Shown here in pieces: positions 1 through 8,586 of a DNA stretch of 64,000 nt; the stretch's first letter is position 1, and the number at the start of each line of letters is the position of its first letter. Made by a program: the position numbers and the translations under genes. Source of the stretch: an uncultured Chloroflexia bacterium (GTDB taxonomy: Bacteria; Chloroflexota; Chloroflexia; QHBQ01; JADMIH01); assembly GCA_963797095.1 (NCBI GenBank), contig CAWCNY010000003.1, forward strand, positions 896,001-960,000. Reading direction: 5' to 3'. The notes below the pieces were generated by a model. That model made no database searches. It was not told the DNA's origin and saw only the letters and a program-made list of their open reading frames with translations.

Positions 1-818
1 TCGTAGGCGTTCGAGTCCTGGCCGCCGTCCGCCTTGGTGCGGTGGACCAGCCGAAGGTAATCGCGTTCCACCAGGCTTGCCTTGAGGCGGTGCAGGTAGG
101 CGGGCGTGTAGCCTGTGAGGGCGGCCATGCGCATGATGCTGGGGTAGGGGAGGGCGGTGTCCCACTGGTAGGAGAAGATGTAGGCCACGAACCACACCTG
201 CTGGGGGGTCATGCCGAGGCCCGCGCTACAGGTAAAGAGGGCGCGAGGCACCGCGGCCACGCCATAGCGCGTGATCACCCTGCCATAGCGCGCCACGAAG
301 CTGGTGTCGCGCTCCGACCTCTCCAGCTCGTTCAGGGATGCCCAGGTGTCCTCGGTCTGGTCGGTGGCTCCCGCCTGTGATGCGTGCTCCCTGGTAACGG
401 GCACGCCTATAGCGGGGTTGCTCATGCCTGCGCTTTGCAGGTCTTTGCGCTGCTCGATGATGCACGCTTCGAGATGGCCGAACAGGGGCGCGAAATCGTA
501 TGCGTTGGATTCCTGCCCGCGCTCCTGCGATACGCGAGGGTAGACCAGGAGGTAGCCCATCTCGCGTAGCTCGTCGCTGTAGCGCTGCAACTGGCGCTTG
601 CTCATGCCTGAGCAGCGGGCCATTACGCCGAGGCTTGGGTAGGGAAGGTCCTCGTCCCACTTGTGAGATAGGATGTAGGAGATGAACCATATGTGCTGAG
701 CATACAGGTCGAGCTTGCTGCCAAAGTGATAGAGCGCCGAGGGGAGGGCCGCGATCCCGTGCTGTAGGATCACCCTCCCGAAGCGGGCAGCGAAGCTGGA
801 TCTTCCTGAATTTGGCAT
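1..818 (-). CDS. Putative replication initiator with two tandem DnaD-N/HTH_36-like winged-helix domains (runs off left edge; absent from ORF track)
   Basis: Hand translation from ATG at 818 (AGGAGG 7 nt upstream) is open to position 1: MPNSGRSSFAARFGRVILQHGIAALPSALYHF...WDEDLPYPSLGVMARCSGMSKRQLQRYSDELREMGYL...GQESNAYDFAPLFGHLE, then a linker, then a second copy SFVARYGRVITRYGVAAVPRALF...WDTALPYPSIMRMAALTGYT...GQDSNAY. The YPS-x-HTH-...-N-x-Y-D-F-x-P-L pattern resembles DnaD N-terminal and phage/plasmid initiator wHTH domains. The ORF is well supported; the function is inferred. Confidence 0.75.
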   Translation of the reverse strand, partial: MPNSGRSSFAARFGRVILQHGIAALPSALYHFGSKLDLYAQHIWFISYILSHKWDEDLPYPSLGVMARCSGMSKRQLQRYSDELREMGYLLVYPRVSQERGQESNAYDFAPLFGHLEACIIEQRKDLQSAGMSNPAIGVPVTREHASQAGATDQTEDTWASLNELERSERDTSFVARYGRVITRYGVAAVPRALFTCSAGLGMTPQQVWFVAYIFSYQWDTALPYPSIMRMAALTGYTPAYLHRLKASLVERDYLRLVHRTKADGGQDSNAY

Positions 819-838
819 AAAACATCCTCCTGTACCTC

Positions 839-867
839 TTGACAGGGGGATGGGCCGGTGCTACAAT
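839..867 (+). promoter_or_regulatory. Sigma70-type promoter antisense to the rep leader
   Basis: TTGACA(839-844)-N17-TACAAT(862-867) with TG at the extended -10 position; no credible plus-strand CDS follows. Confidence 0.8.
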
Positions 868-873
868 GCGTTT

Positions 874-963
874 GAGCCTACATTGTGCAGGTGCTCCTCC
901 CACCAAGAGGGCCACCACTACAGAACCTTCAAGACCTGACTGTTACCAGCAGTCGGGTTTTTT
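874..963 (+). ncRNA. Candidate counter-transcribed antisense RNA (ctRNA), ~90 nt
   Basis: Bounded by the 839-867 promoter and the 931-963 terminator; internal hairpin GGTGCTCCTC-ccaccaa-GAGGGCCACC; 5' end estimated. Confidence 0.6.
931..963 (+). terminator. Intrinsic terminator of the candidate ctRNA
   Basis: AAGACCTGACTG-ttaccag-CAGTCGGGTTTT plus T tract; the non-Watson-Crick pairs are G-U only on the plus strand. Confidence 0.75.
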
Positions 964-1113
964 GTTGGTTCCGCGTCTGCGGTTGTAAAAGGGGAACGGG
1001 GCTATCGCGTCTCCCATTCCTGTAGATTTGCTAAGTCATTGTCTCTCCATGTTGGCTGTTGGCCGCGCAACCTGTTTGCCGAAAAAAAAGTACACGAAAA
1101 ACTCCCATGCCTA

Positions 1114-1143
1114 TTGACAGGGAGCCTGTGACCATGCTATATT
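1114..1143 (+). promoter_or_regulatory. Second sigma70-type promoter antisense to the phd-rep transcript
   Basis: TTGACA(1114-1119)-N18-TATATT with extended TG; the -10 box overlaps the imperfect palindrome TATATTGA-gg-TTGCGCAA-TCAATATA (1138-1163). Confidence 0.6.
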
Positions 1144-1149
1144 GAGGTT

Positions 1150-1242
1150 GCGCAATCAATATACGGCTACAGTGCCCCTGCAAGGGCCCTAGTGGCGGAA
1201 CCGGAAGCCTCTTAGACTGCAATCTTCGAGGTTTCACTATTT
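1150..1242 (+). ncRNA. Possible second small antisense RNA
   Basis: Follows promoter 2; small hairpin CCC-tgcaa-GGG, then GAAGCCTC...GAGGTTTC (1204-1235); layout parallels the first unit but the U tract is weak. Confidence 0.35.
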
Positions 1243-1485
1243 AAGCCGCCCCTTTGTGGGTGCGTGAGGCGCGTTTTCTGCCTCCATCAAGTCTCGTTTG
1301 CTCTCGGTATATCTCCCTCTACCTCCGGCTTCGTGGTACGCACTTGCCGGGCGGTGCCTCTAGTTGCTGCTCAGGTCCGGCTGTTGCCATGCCTTTCTGC
1401 GGGTAGGCCTTCGGGACCTTGTCTTGCCAAACTGCAATTTGACACGACATATCCTTTCGTACAGATCCCCGATTGAGGACGGCAT

Positions 1486-1719
1486 TTAGCCATCAGTGCC
1501 GGTAGCCTGCTGCTCCGGCTCCTGGGGTTGTCCCAGCTTCTCTAGCTGCTCCAGGCGTTCGACTATCGCGTCGTAGTGCTCGGCGTCGAGTACGACGAAC
1601 CTCTGCCTTCCCTTGACCACCAGCACGGGACGGCCTTTGGAAGCCTGTTCCAACTGCGGACCGGGGTTCATTCGGAAGCTCTTGTAATCAACTACGTCTC
1701 TCAACTGTACCTGCGCCAT
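1486..1719 (-). CDS. Phd/YefM-fold antitoxin-like DNA-binding protein (no adjacent toxin)
   Basis: 77 aa; VVDYKSFRMNPGPQLEQASKGRPVLVVKGRQRFVVLDAEHYDAIVERLE follows the Phd/YefM pattern; GGAGG RBS. Confidence 0.75.
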   Translation of the reverse strand: MAQVQLRDVVDYKSFRMNPGPQLEQASKGRPVLVVKGRQRFVVLDAEHYDAIVERLEQLEKLGQPQEPEQQATGTDG

Positions 1720-1784
1720 AGCCGACCTCCGTATGCAGCGAGTATTACCGGGCGGGTTGTTGATCCTATTATCGCACCAGCTAC

Positions 1785-1862
1785 GTAGATATCTCCAACT
1801 TTTGCACGCGTAGAATCTCCAACCTGACCGGATGATAGCGGATGTACAGTAAGCCAGGCAAG
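1785..1862 (-). promoter_or_regulatory. Promoter and operator-like repeats upstream of the Phd-like gene
   Basis: GTAGATATCTCCAAC (1785-1799) and GTAGAATCTCCAAC (1810-1823); minus-strand TTGCCT-N18-TATCAT. Confidence 0.5.
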
Positions 1863-1922
1863 GGGTTTTTGCACATCCTGGGTCCTTTGCCGCCGGATGA
1901 GTTGTGCCTGGAGGGGCCGGGA

Positions 1923-1940
1923 TTTTTGTCGCGACAAAAA
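1923..1940. promoter_or_regulatory. Perfect palindrome TTTTTGTCGCGACAAAAA (parS-like candidate), copy 1
   Basis: Loop-less 18-bp palindrome with an identical copy at 17492-17509. Confidence 0.5.
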
Positions 1941-2018
1941 AAATGTGTACAAAAGAGCCAGGTTGGAGCTATATTCCGAACCCGGCTCTTCAATGCTTTC
2001 CTTGTTGTTGGTATTGTG

Positions 2019-5000
2019 CTAGAAACCCGGCAGGCAGCCCGCGAATGGATGGTGGTTGGTCGCTCCTGTGCCTGTGAACGAGCTGACAGCCAGGTTGCCA
2101 TTGAGTTGCCCGTTAGCGAAGGTGAGCCTTGCCAGGGGTGCCAGCAAGCTCCCCTGCATCCCTATGTTCGCCATTGTGAGCGTGGTGGCTTGTGGGAAGT
2201 TGTACAGCACTTTCTCTCGTGTGGTGCCGTTGATGCTGATGCCGAAGTTCGCCAGAGCCAGGGCAGTACCATCCACGTTCACCAGCACCGTAGAGCCTGC
2301 CGGTGCATTGATCGTCAAACTGGAGGCTCTTGAGAGGTTGGCCCCTGCGATGTTGAAGACATTCAGGTTGGGGCTGGTGCCGGTGAGGGTGTACTGGTTG
2401 TACTGCCAGACGATTGTGCCGTTTGTGGGGAGTGCTGCCCATGAAGTAGAAGCGGAGCGCAGATACTGCCCGGCGGCATCGAAGTCGAGCACGCTACCCT
2501 GGCGCTTGCTGCCATGCGGGAAACCGACGTTGGCGAAGGTGCCTGCACCCTCATACACGGCGTTGCCATTGGCGACCTGCCCGTTAGCGAACGTGATATT
2601 CGCGCCACCAATCAGATCGTCGCGCGTACCCTCGGAGTTCGACAAGGCGCTCCCTATGCTGTAATTGGCAATGGTAATATTGCCTCCGGCGGCCACGCGG
2701 CCCTCTGTCTGTGAGTTGGCGGCGTTGAGAGTGCCAAGCACGAACAGGTTGAAATCGGATGCCAACTCCAGTGGTGTGCAAGCTCCCACCGGGGTGCTTG
2801 TAGGTGTGGGGGTAAGGGTGGGGGTGAGTGTCGGTGTTCTGGTGGCCCTGCCTGTAGCGGTTCGTGTAGGCGTTCTGGTGGTGGTGCTGGTCCGTGTAGG
2901 CGTGAGCGTTCGCGTAAGTGTAGGGGTTCGTGTGCTTGTGGGCGTTCTGGTTGAAGTGGTGACTTGTGTGTTTGTTGGAGTGTAAGTGAGCGTATTAGTG
3001 GGTGCAGTGGTAGGTGTGTTTGTTGGGGTGTTGGTGGGTGAATAGGTGGCCGTGTTGGTGGGTGAATAGGTGGCCGTGTTGGTGGGTGAATAGGTGGCCG
3101 TGTTGGTGGGTGTATTTGTCGGGATGCTGGTGGTAGTGGGAGTACGGCTTGGTGTGGCGGTTGCAGAGGGAGTTGAAGTAGGAGCGGTTGTTGAGGTGAA
3201 GGTCGGTGTTGCAGTATGGCTGGGTGTGTTGGTGGGTATGGCAGTGTTTGTTGCGGTTGATGTGGGCGTGGACGTAGGGGTGCCGGTCGGCTCAGGAACC
3301 TGAGTGTTGGTAAAAGTAAGTGTGGGCGTGGCGGTGGCAGTAGGGGTATCCGTGGGTGCGCTTGTAGATGTGCTTGTGGGTGCAGTTGTAGGCGTGGCCG
3401 TCGCGAGTGGGTCAATGAGGATGATGGGGATCGTCTGGGTGCTGCCGTTATCCAGGAATCCGCTGTCCACAGCGCCGCCCACAAGGCCATCCTGCTGGCC
3501 GTTGAGCATGGCATAGTAGTCCTCGCCACGCCCGGCCAATTGCAGGGTCACAGGCTCCTGTATCGGGCCGAATACCCAGCCTCTGCCGTCAGCGCCCCCG
3601 AACCACACGCTGTTGGGGATCTCGGTCAGCACCTGGGAACCGTCGTAGCCAAGCCTCCGGCCCGCACCATCCACGACCAGCGTATTCACAGGGTCGCTGA
3701 TCGCCGCCCAGATGCTGCCTGCATCGATGCGCGCCAGCCCCTGCGAAATGTCCTCCGGTTGGTAGTTTAGGGTCAGCGTACCCAGGATGGCCTTTTGTAC
3801 GTCCAGGTTGTAGGGGAGGTCTGTGTGGCCGGTCTCACCTTGCGTATTTACGCCTTTGGCGAACGGCCTGAGCGTCACGCGGGAATCGCCCACAAACTGG
3901 TCGCGCGAGGAAACCAGGGGCACCGTGGTGTCGCCTCCGTTGGCGGCGCGCTTGTCTTCGTACCAGACCTCGTTTGAGCCGGGCAGATGCGCGATCGTTT
4001 CATCGAAGCGGACAGGCCAGCAGTTGGCGCAAATGATCGGCCCCGTATGTTGAAGGGTGCTGACCGGCGTATTTCCATCCGTGCCGTAGATATCCGTGAC
4101 CTGAGCCTGGTTGGTGAAGGCGTTGGGGTCGCCGTTAGCACCCGGCAGGTCCAGCCCGTCGTTCAGGTCAAGCAGCAGGTCATTGCGGCTGTCGGGGTCC
4201 TGGTTGACATTCTGGGGGCCTGAGCCTGTATCGAGGAAATCATAGGTTGCCAGGAGGGCGCGTGCGGTCGGCACGTACTGAGTTATGAACTTCTGAGGGT
4301 CGGGGTGGCCCGATCCATCGTCAATGGTAGCAAGCGATATATTGATGTCAGGCCCGGTGACAACCTGGCCCTTGAGGACCTTCTGATAGGCGCTGTTGAC
4401 GATCTTGCTGAGCACAAACTGGAAGGCAGGCTCGACGCCCCAGTTGTTGTGCAGGGGGTTCCAGGCCTTGGAAGCGCCGCGATTGGGCACGCCTATCATG
4501 ACGAAGTTATTGATAGGGGGGAGCCTGTTCGTGCCATCGTACAGGCCGTTGTAGGCGTCGCTCTCCAGGTAGGTGCGCACCACCAGCCCCCCGGTGCTGT
4601 GTGCGATCACATCAACCGAGTCGGGTGGAACTCCGTTGTGGTTGGCTGCCCACGCTTGGGACGCTTGCCGCAGGAAGACGCCCAGGTAGTCGACGCCATA
4701 CCGGTAGTTGCCGCTGCTGATGCCCGCGGCGGTCAGTCCGCTGATCTGCCCATCGGGGGTGCCGTCGGTAGGGCCGGGGGGTAGCCGCCAATCGTAGTTG
4801 ACCACCCACAGGTCCTGCCCCTGCACGTAACCGATGTTCTCGAAGGTCCGGATCAGGTCGTCGTAAACGTGGGAGAGGGGGTCGATCTGCAATTGGGAGG
4901 GCGGCACTCCCCTGTGCATGAGCCAGGGCAGGTCGTTGCTCGTGTCAGCGGCGTAGGTGGCGCCAACACCCGGAACGATCAGCACGGGGTGGCGGTGCGT

Positions 5001-6095
5001 GAGCAGAAAGCCGAATGCGCGACCTCCATCCCGCCTACCAATGCCGACAATCTGGCCCGCATCGTTCAGCCCGACGTAGGGGATACCGGAGCAGCCCAGG
5101 TCTTCCCAACCGAGGTTGGGGTCGATCAGGTCCTTCAAGATCTTTACTTCGCCGTTCGACCAGATAAGATACGAATAGAAGCTTGGGGTACTTGGATTAG
5201 TTACATATCCCGCTATAAGCCCGGAATCGTTGATGCGCAACGATGATGGAAACCCATCTGTGTACATGCCAGGTGGCAATTCCAGAGGGGTCATTACCCC
5301 GTTCTGCCAGTGGAACGGCACTTTATCGGCGGGATCATAGTCTACGGTGGAGGAATATCCAACTATCTCCCCTGCGTTGTTGATGTCGAAAGCATAGGAA
5401 TTTATGCCGCCAAGCGTACCGAGGTTGGTCGCGGAGAGCGAGCCTGCGCTCCAGAGTGTGGCTGCTATATCATCGGGGCCGATGTCATAATAGCTAGCAC
5501 CCGCGATGTCACCCGCATCGTTTATCGCCCAGCCTTCGCTGAGGCAGTAGCCTCCATTCAAACCCGGTAGGTCAATGTATTGGCCGTCGTGAAGCAGGAA
5601 ACCACCACAGCCTACGAGGTCTTCACCTGGCTCCCCCACTATGTCCCCGTCGTCGTTGATCGCTTGCGGGACGAAGAACTGGCCGTCCGGTAGTTCGGGG
5701 AGCTCGCTTAAGGTGCCGTTGTCCCAGAGCATGCCCATATAAGTAGTATCAGGCAAGGTGATGTGACCTACTATCTGGCCGACGTTATTGAAGGCTACAG
5801 GCTCGAAAGTGTGGTCATCCGGATCAAGGTCGATGAATTCGCCGTTGCGCCAGAGGAAGGGGAAATCATCGGCAAGGTATCGATGGTAGACACCGATGAT
5901 CTCACCTTTGTTGTTGATCGCATAAGGGATTACATCTTCTCCGAGGTTAACGATGTCGTAAGGTGCGTTTGATGCCGCGTGCGCTACCGACCGGTCCGGC
6001 CCTGACCAGGGCTTGCTGAGAGAGAGGGGCAGTAGCGCCGACAGCAGCGCTACCAGGAGTGAAACCCTGCGAAAGAGCGAGCGAGACTTTTCCAT
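2019..6095 (-). CDS. Large secreted modular protein: HAF repeats + alpha/beta-hydrolase (lipase/LCAT-like) + Thr/Pro linker + choice-of-anchor A domain
   Basis: Signal peptide [18 protein letters not shown]; repeated A(I/F)N(N/D)xG(E/Q/D)IVG...W; [27 protein letters not shown] motifs; C-terminal FNLFVLG...EGRVAAGGN...YNFPQAT...GSLLAP; start at 6095 follows AAGGAAGG. Confidence 0.85.
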   Translation of the reverse strand: MEKSRSLFRRVSLLVALLSALLPLSLSKPWSGPDRSVAHAASNAPYDIVNLGEDVIPYAINNKGEIIGVYHRYLADDFPFLWRNGEFIDLDPDDHTFEPVAFNNVGQIVGHITLPDTTYMGMLWDNGTLSELPELPDGQFFVPQAINDDGDIVGEPGEDLVGCGGFLLHDGQYIDLPGLNGGYCLSEGWAINDAGDIAGASYYDIGPDDIAATLWSAGSLSATNLGTLGGINSYAFDINNAGEIVGYSSTVDYDPADKVPFHWQNGVMTPLELPPGMYTDGFPSSLRINDSGLIAGYVTNPSTPSFYSYLIWSNGEVKILKDLIDPNLGWEDLGCSGIPYVGLNDAGQIVGIGRRDGGRAFGFLLTHRHPVLIVPGVGATYAADTSNDLPWLMHRGVPPSQLQIDPLSHVYDDLIRTFENIGYVQGQDLWVVNYDWRLPPGPTDGTPDGQISGLTAAGISSGNYRYGVDYLGVFLRQASQAWAANHNGVPPDSVDVIAHSTGGLVVRTYLESDAYNGLYDGTNRLPPINNFVMIGVPNRGASKAWNPLHNNWGVEPAFQFVLSKIVNSAYQKVLKGQVVTGPDINISLATIDDGSGHPDPQKFITQYVPTARALLATYDFLDTGSGPQNVNQDPDSRNDLLLDLNDGLDLPGANGDPNAFTNQAQVTDIYGTDGNTPVSTLQHTGPIICANCWPVRFDETIAHLPGSNEVWYEDKRAANGGDTTVPLVSSRDQFVGDSRVTLRPFAKGVNTQGETGHTDLPYNLDVQKAILGTLTLNYQPEDISQGLARIDAGSIWAAISDPVNTLVVDGAGRRLGYDGSQVLTEIPNSVWFGGADGRGWVFGPIQEPVTLQLAGRGEDYYAMLNGQQDGLVGGAVDSGFLDNGSTQTIPIILIDPLATATPTTAPTSTSTSAPTDTPTATATPTLTFTNTQVPEPTGTPTSTPTSTATNTAIPTNTPSHTATPTFTSTTAPTSTPSATATPSRTPTTTSIPTNTPTNTATYSPTNTATYSPTNTATYSPTNTPTNTPTTAPTNTLTYTPTNTQVTTSTRTPTSTRTPTLTRTLTPTRTSTTTRTPTRTATGRATRTPTLTPTLTPTPTSTPVGACTPLELASDFNLFVLGTLNAANSQTEGRVAAGGNITIANYSIGSALSNSEGTRDDLIGGANITFANGQVANGNAVYEGAGTFANVGFPHGSKRQGSVLDFDAAGQYLRSASTSWAALPTNGTIVWQYNQYTLTGTSPNLNVFNIAGANLSRASSLTINAPAGSTVLVNVDGTALALANFGISINGTTREKVLYNFPQATTLTMANIGMQGSLLAPLARLTFANGQLNGNLAVSSFTGTGATNHHPFAGCLPGF

Positions 6096-6328
6096 TTGAT
6101 CCTTCCTTTGGTGATTGCTTTGGGATAGCACCGGTTACCGGGCCAGCGCCGGTTACTGGTATATAACCTACCAAGCGTTCCCAGATCGTTCCCACGTCGT
6201 TGGGCCCGGGATGTTCTTCACCCCAAATCCCCCTATATAAATAGCGGGGGCATTCGAAGAAAGCCAAAATCGCGGCCAGGCCGCGATTTTGGCTGTTTTA
6301 GGGGCAGATTGCACCCGCCTGGTCCGAA

Positions 6329-7333
6329 CTAAGGCTGGTGCGACCCTCCCAGGATGCTGTCTCCTGCGTTTTGTATATTCCCGGTTGGGATGGTGCCCGG
6401 CTTGCCCTCGTTGGGGTTGTAGTAAATGCGGGTGGTGGGGTAGGCGAAATCGATGTCGTCGTGTTCGGCGAACGCCCCAAGAATGTCCTCCCAGATGGCG
6501 TGCAGGGTGCTGCGGCGCGTCTTCGGCTCGCACAGGTAGCGCAGGGTGAGGAGGATGCCGTACTCCCTGGTGCTGGTGTAGATGGCGGGATCGGTGTCCA
6601 GGTTCTGGATGAAGAGCTTGCGTGCCGCGTCCTGCAACCGCTGCTGCGCCGCTTTCACTATGTGGGCCGAGTGTTTGTCGGCGATGCCTTGAAGGATCTG
6701 TTTGGCCTTAATCCAATCGCTCTCGAAGGTCACGACCACAGGCACTTCATTCCAGATGTAGTGGAAGGTGCGCCCGTAGTTGGCAAGCGGTTCGCGAAAT
6801 ACCCGGCTGTTGGGCACGTAGATGAGCCTGCCTGTGCTCTGGTCGGCGTCAACCCAGTTGCCGATCTCCATGATGAGAAACTGGAAAATCCTGATGTCGG
6901 CAACATCGCCCGCATGGTCGCCTATCTGTATCCTGTCGCCGATGCGGAACGGCCTGCGGGCCACTATGAAGAGCCATGCCGCGAAATCGAGCACCACCTC
7001 GCCGAGCGCCACCACCAAGCCCGCCGCCAGCAGGCCCAGGAAGGTGAGTATCGACTGGAAACCCTCGAACCAGAGTCGAGCCAGGATGAGCAGGCCGAGA
7101 AATACGACTACATAGAGCGAGCCTCGCCGCCACTGGTAGCGCGCCTGCGAGTTCTTGACGCCTCGATCCACTACCAGCAGAAGCATCAGGCGCAGGATAA
7201 GGAGCACCAGGATTACTACCAGTGTGGCGACCAGCTGGCCCTGCACGGTAGCATCTATTCCCAGCGTCTTATCCAACCACGCGCCGAAATCCTGCATCAG
7301 TACCGTAACCTTCGCTATCCTGGAGTGGCCCAA
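6329..7333 (-). CDS. mscS: Small-conductance mechanosensitive channel (MscS family)
   Basis: TM helices then RPFRIGDRIQIGDHAGDVADI...VPNS and DIDFAYPT; start may be the ATG at 7297. Confidence 0.9.
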   Translation of the reverse strand: MGHSRIAKVTVLMQDFGAWLDKTLGIDATVQGQLVATLVVILVLLILRLMLLLVVDRGVKNSQARYQWRRGSLYVVVFLGLLILARLWFEGFQSILTFLGLLAAGLVVALGEVVLDFAAWLFIVARRPFRIGDRIQIGDHAGDVADIRIFQFLIMEIGNWVDADQSTGRLIYVPNSRVFREPLANYGRTFHYIWNEVPVVVTFESDWIKAKQILQGIADKHSAHIVKAAQQRLQDAARKLFIQNLDTDPAIYTSTREYGILLTLRYLCEPKTRRSTLHAIWEDILGAFAEHDDIDFAYPTTRIYYNPNEGKPGTIPTGNIQNAGDSILGGSHQP

Positions 7334-7381
7334 CCGAGACCAGTTTACAGGCTTGAGGATATGATTACAAGCCTGCTAAGC

Positions 7382-8365
7382 TCAGTCGGGGAGCGCGTTG
7401 TCGGAGGCGGGGCGAACGGCTGGGCGTGCAAGCTTTGTCCTCTGCCCAGGGCGGCGGATGATCACCAACCCGGCGAGCACGCAGGCCGCACCCAGCAGCT
7501 TGATGGGGCCGAAATCCTCGCTGAAAAGGAGCGCGGATAGTATGCCGCTCAGGATGGGTACGAGGAGCGAAAAGCTGGTGGCCGTGGCCGCACCGCGCCG
7601 AGCGATGGCCCAGTTCCAGAGCATGTAGGCCACGTAGACGGGCAGCACTACCATGTAGAGGATGCCCACCCAGCCCCAGAACGAGATCGCCCCCCACTGC
7701 TGGTCCAGGGCCGCTGGTGTTGAGACGGCCAGCAGCGGGATCGCGCCCGCCAGGAGGGCGTAGGCGGTGTACGTTTCGGGCGGGTAGTCGCGCACCAGCG
7801 GGCGGTTGACCAGCCCGTAGAGGGCGAAGGAGACCGCAGCGCCGAGGCTGAGGGCGTCGCCAAGCAGCGAGCCTGGGCTGCCCTGCTTATCCGACAGGAA
7901 GAGCACAACCCCCACGATACCCACCGCAAGGCCAATCCAGGCGAGGCGGGGCGGGTACTCGCCGCGCAGGGCGAGGAATACCATCGTGAAGAAGGGCACC
8001 ATCGCGATCAGAAGCGAGCTTGAGAAGGGTGAAGTGCGGTCGAGACCAAGCACAAAGCCCAACTGGTAGAGGGTGTAGCCAGTCAGCCCGGCCATGAGGA
8101 AGCGGGGCAGGTCGGCGCGGCGGATTGGGTGGAAGCGTCCGCGGCGGCGCGCCAACATTACGCCGAACGCCAGGGCGGTCATTAGGGCAAAGCGCACGAA
8201 GGCGAAAGCGAGAGGGGAAACCTCGGTGAAAGCGGCCTTGGTGACCACGAAGGTGGAGGCCCACATGCTGACCACGATGAACTGCGCCACTTCAGGCCCG
8301 AAGGCCGATAGGGAGGCCGGGGGAAGGCGCCTGGCCCCCGGCTTTTGCTCGATCAGGTTCGACAT
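7382..8365 (-). CDS. DMT/EamA family transporter
   Basis: About 10 TM segments; WASTFVVTK...SPLAFAFVRF; GDALSLGAAVSFALY. Confidence 0.92.
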   Translation of the reverse strand: MSNLIEQKPGARRLPPASLSAFGPEVAQFIVVSMWASTFVVTKAAFTEVSPLAFAFVRFALMTALAFGVMLARRRGRFHPIRRADLPRFLMAGLTGYTLYQLGFVLGLDRTSPFSSSLLIAMVPFFTMVFLALRGEYPPRLAWIGLAVGIVGVVLFLSDKQGSPGSLLGDALSLGAAVSFALYGLVNRPLVRDYPPETYTAYALLAGAIPLLAVSTPAALDQQWGAISFWGWVGILYMVVLPVYVAYMLWNWAIARRGAATATSFSLLVPILSGILSALLFSEDFGPIKLLGAACVLAGLVIIRRPGQRTKLARPAVRPASDNALPD

Positions 8366-8586
8366 TGAGTTAACATATCCCCTAAAGAAGAGTAATGAAC
8401 AGCCCTATTCTATTGTATCACGCGAACAGTTCGTGGGGGGCCGAAGTGTGCCAGCGATTTTGCCGGGGCAACTGCGTGCAATTGAGGCAGAACGCGTTTC
8501 TTGCATCCTGTTACGCGATCCGCAATAATCGATAATATCAGCATTTCGCGTTCCCCGTTCCGCAATCGAAAGAGACCCACCCTTTT

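Noticed and set aside
226-918. 230-aa ORF from the track
   Set aside because: Shadow frame of the real ORF starting at 818; it has no motif, whereas the other frame has an RBS and an internal domain duplication
1185-1235. tRNA-Cys-like fragment (AGACTGCAATCT)
   Set aside because: No TTCGA T-arm with a matching acceptor stem; the cloverleaf cannot be closed
1264-1485. Possible toxin gene after the Phd-like ORF
   Set aside because: Only 41-43 codon minus-strand frames with no RelE, PIN or Doc features
2780-3410. Repeats in the large secreted gene
   Set aside because: Ordinary Thr/Pro linker coding repeats
6338-7540. Long antisense ORFs (also 8679-9713, 20585-21652, 36267-37247 and others)
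   Set aside because: High-GC shadow frames overlapping well-supported genes
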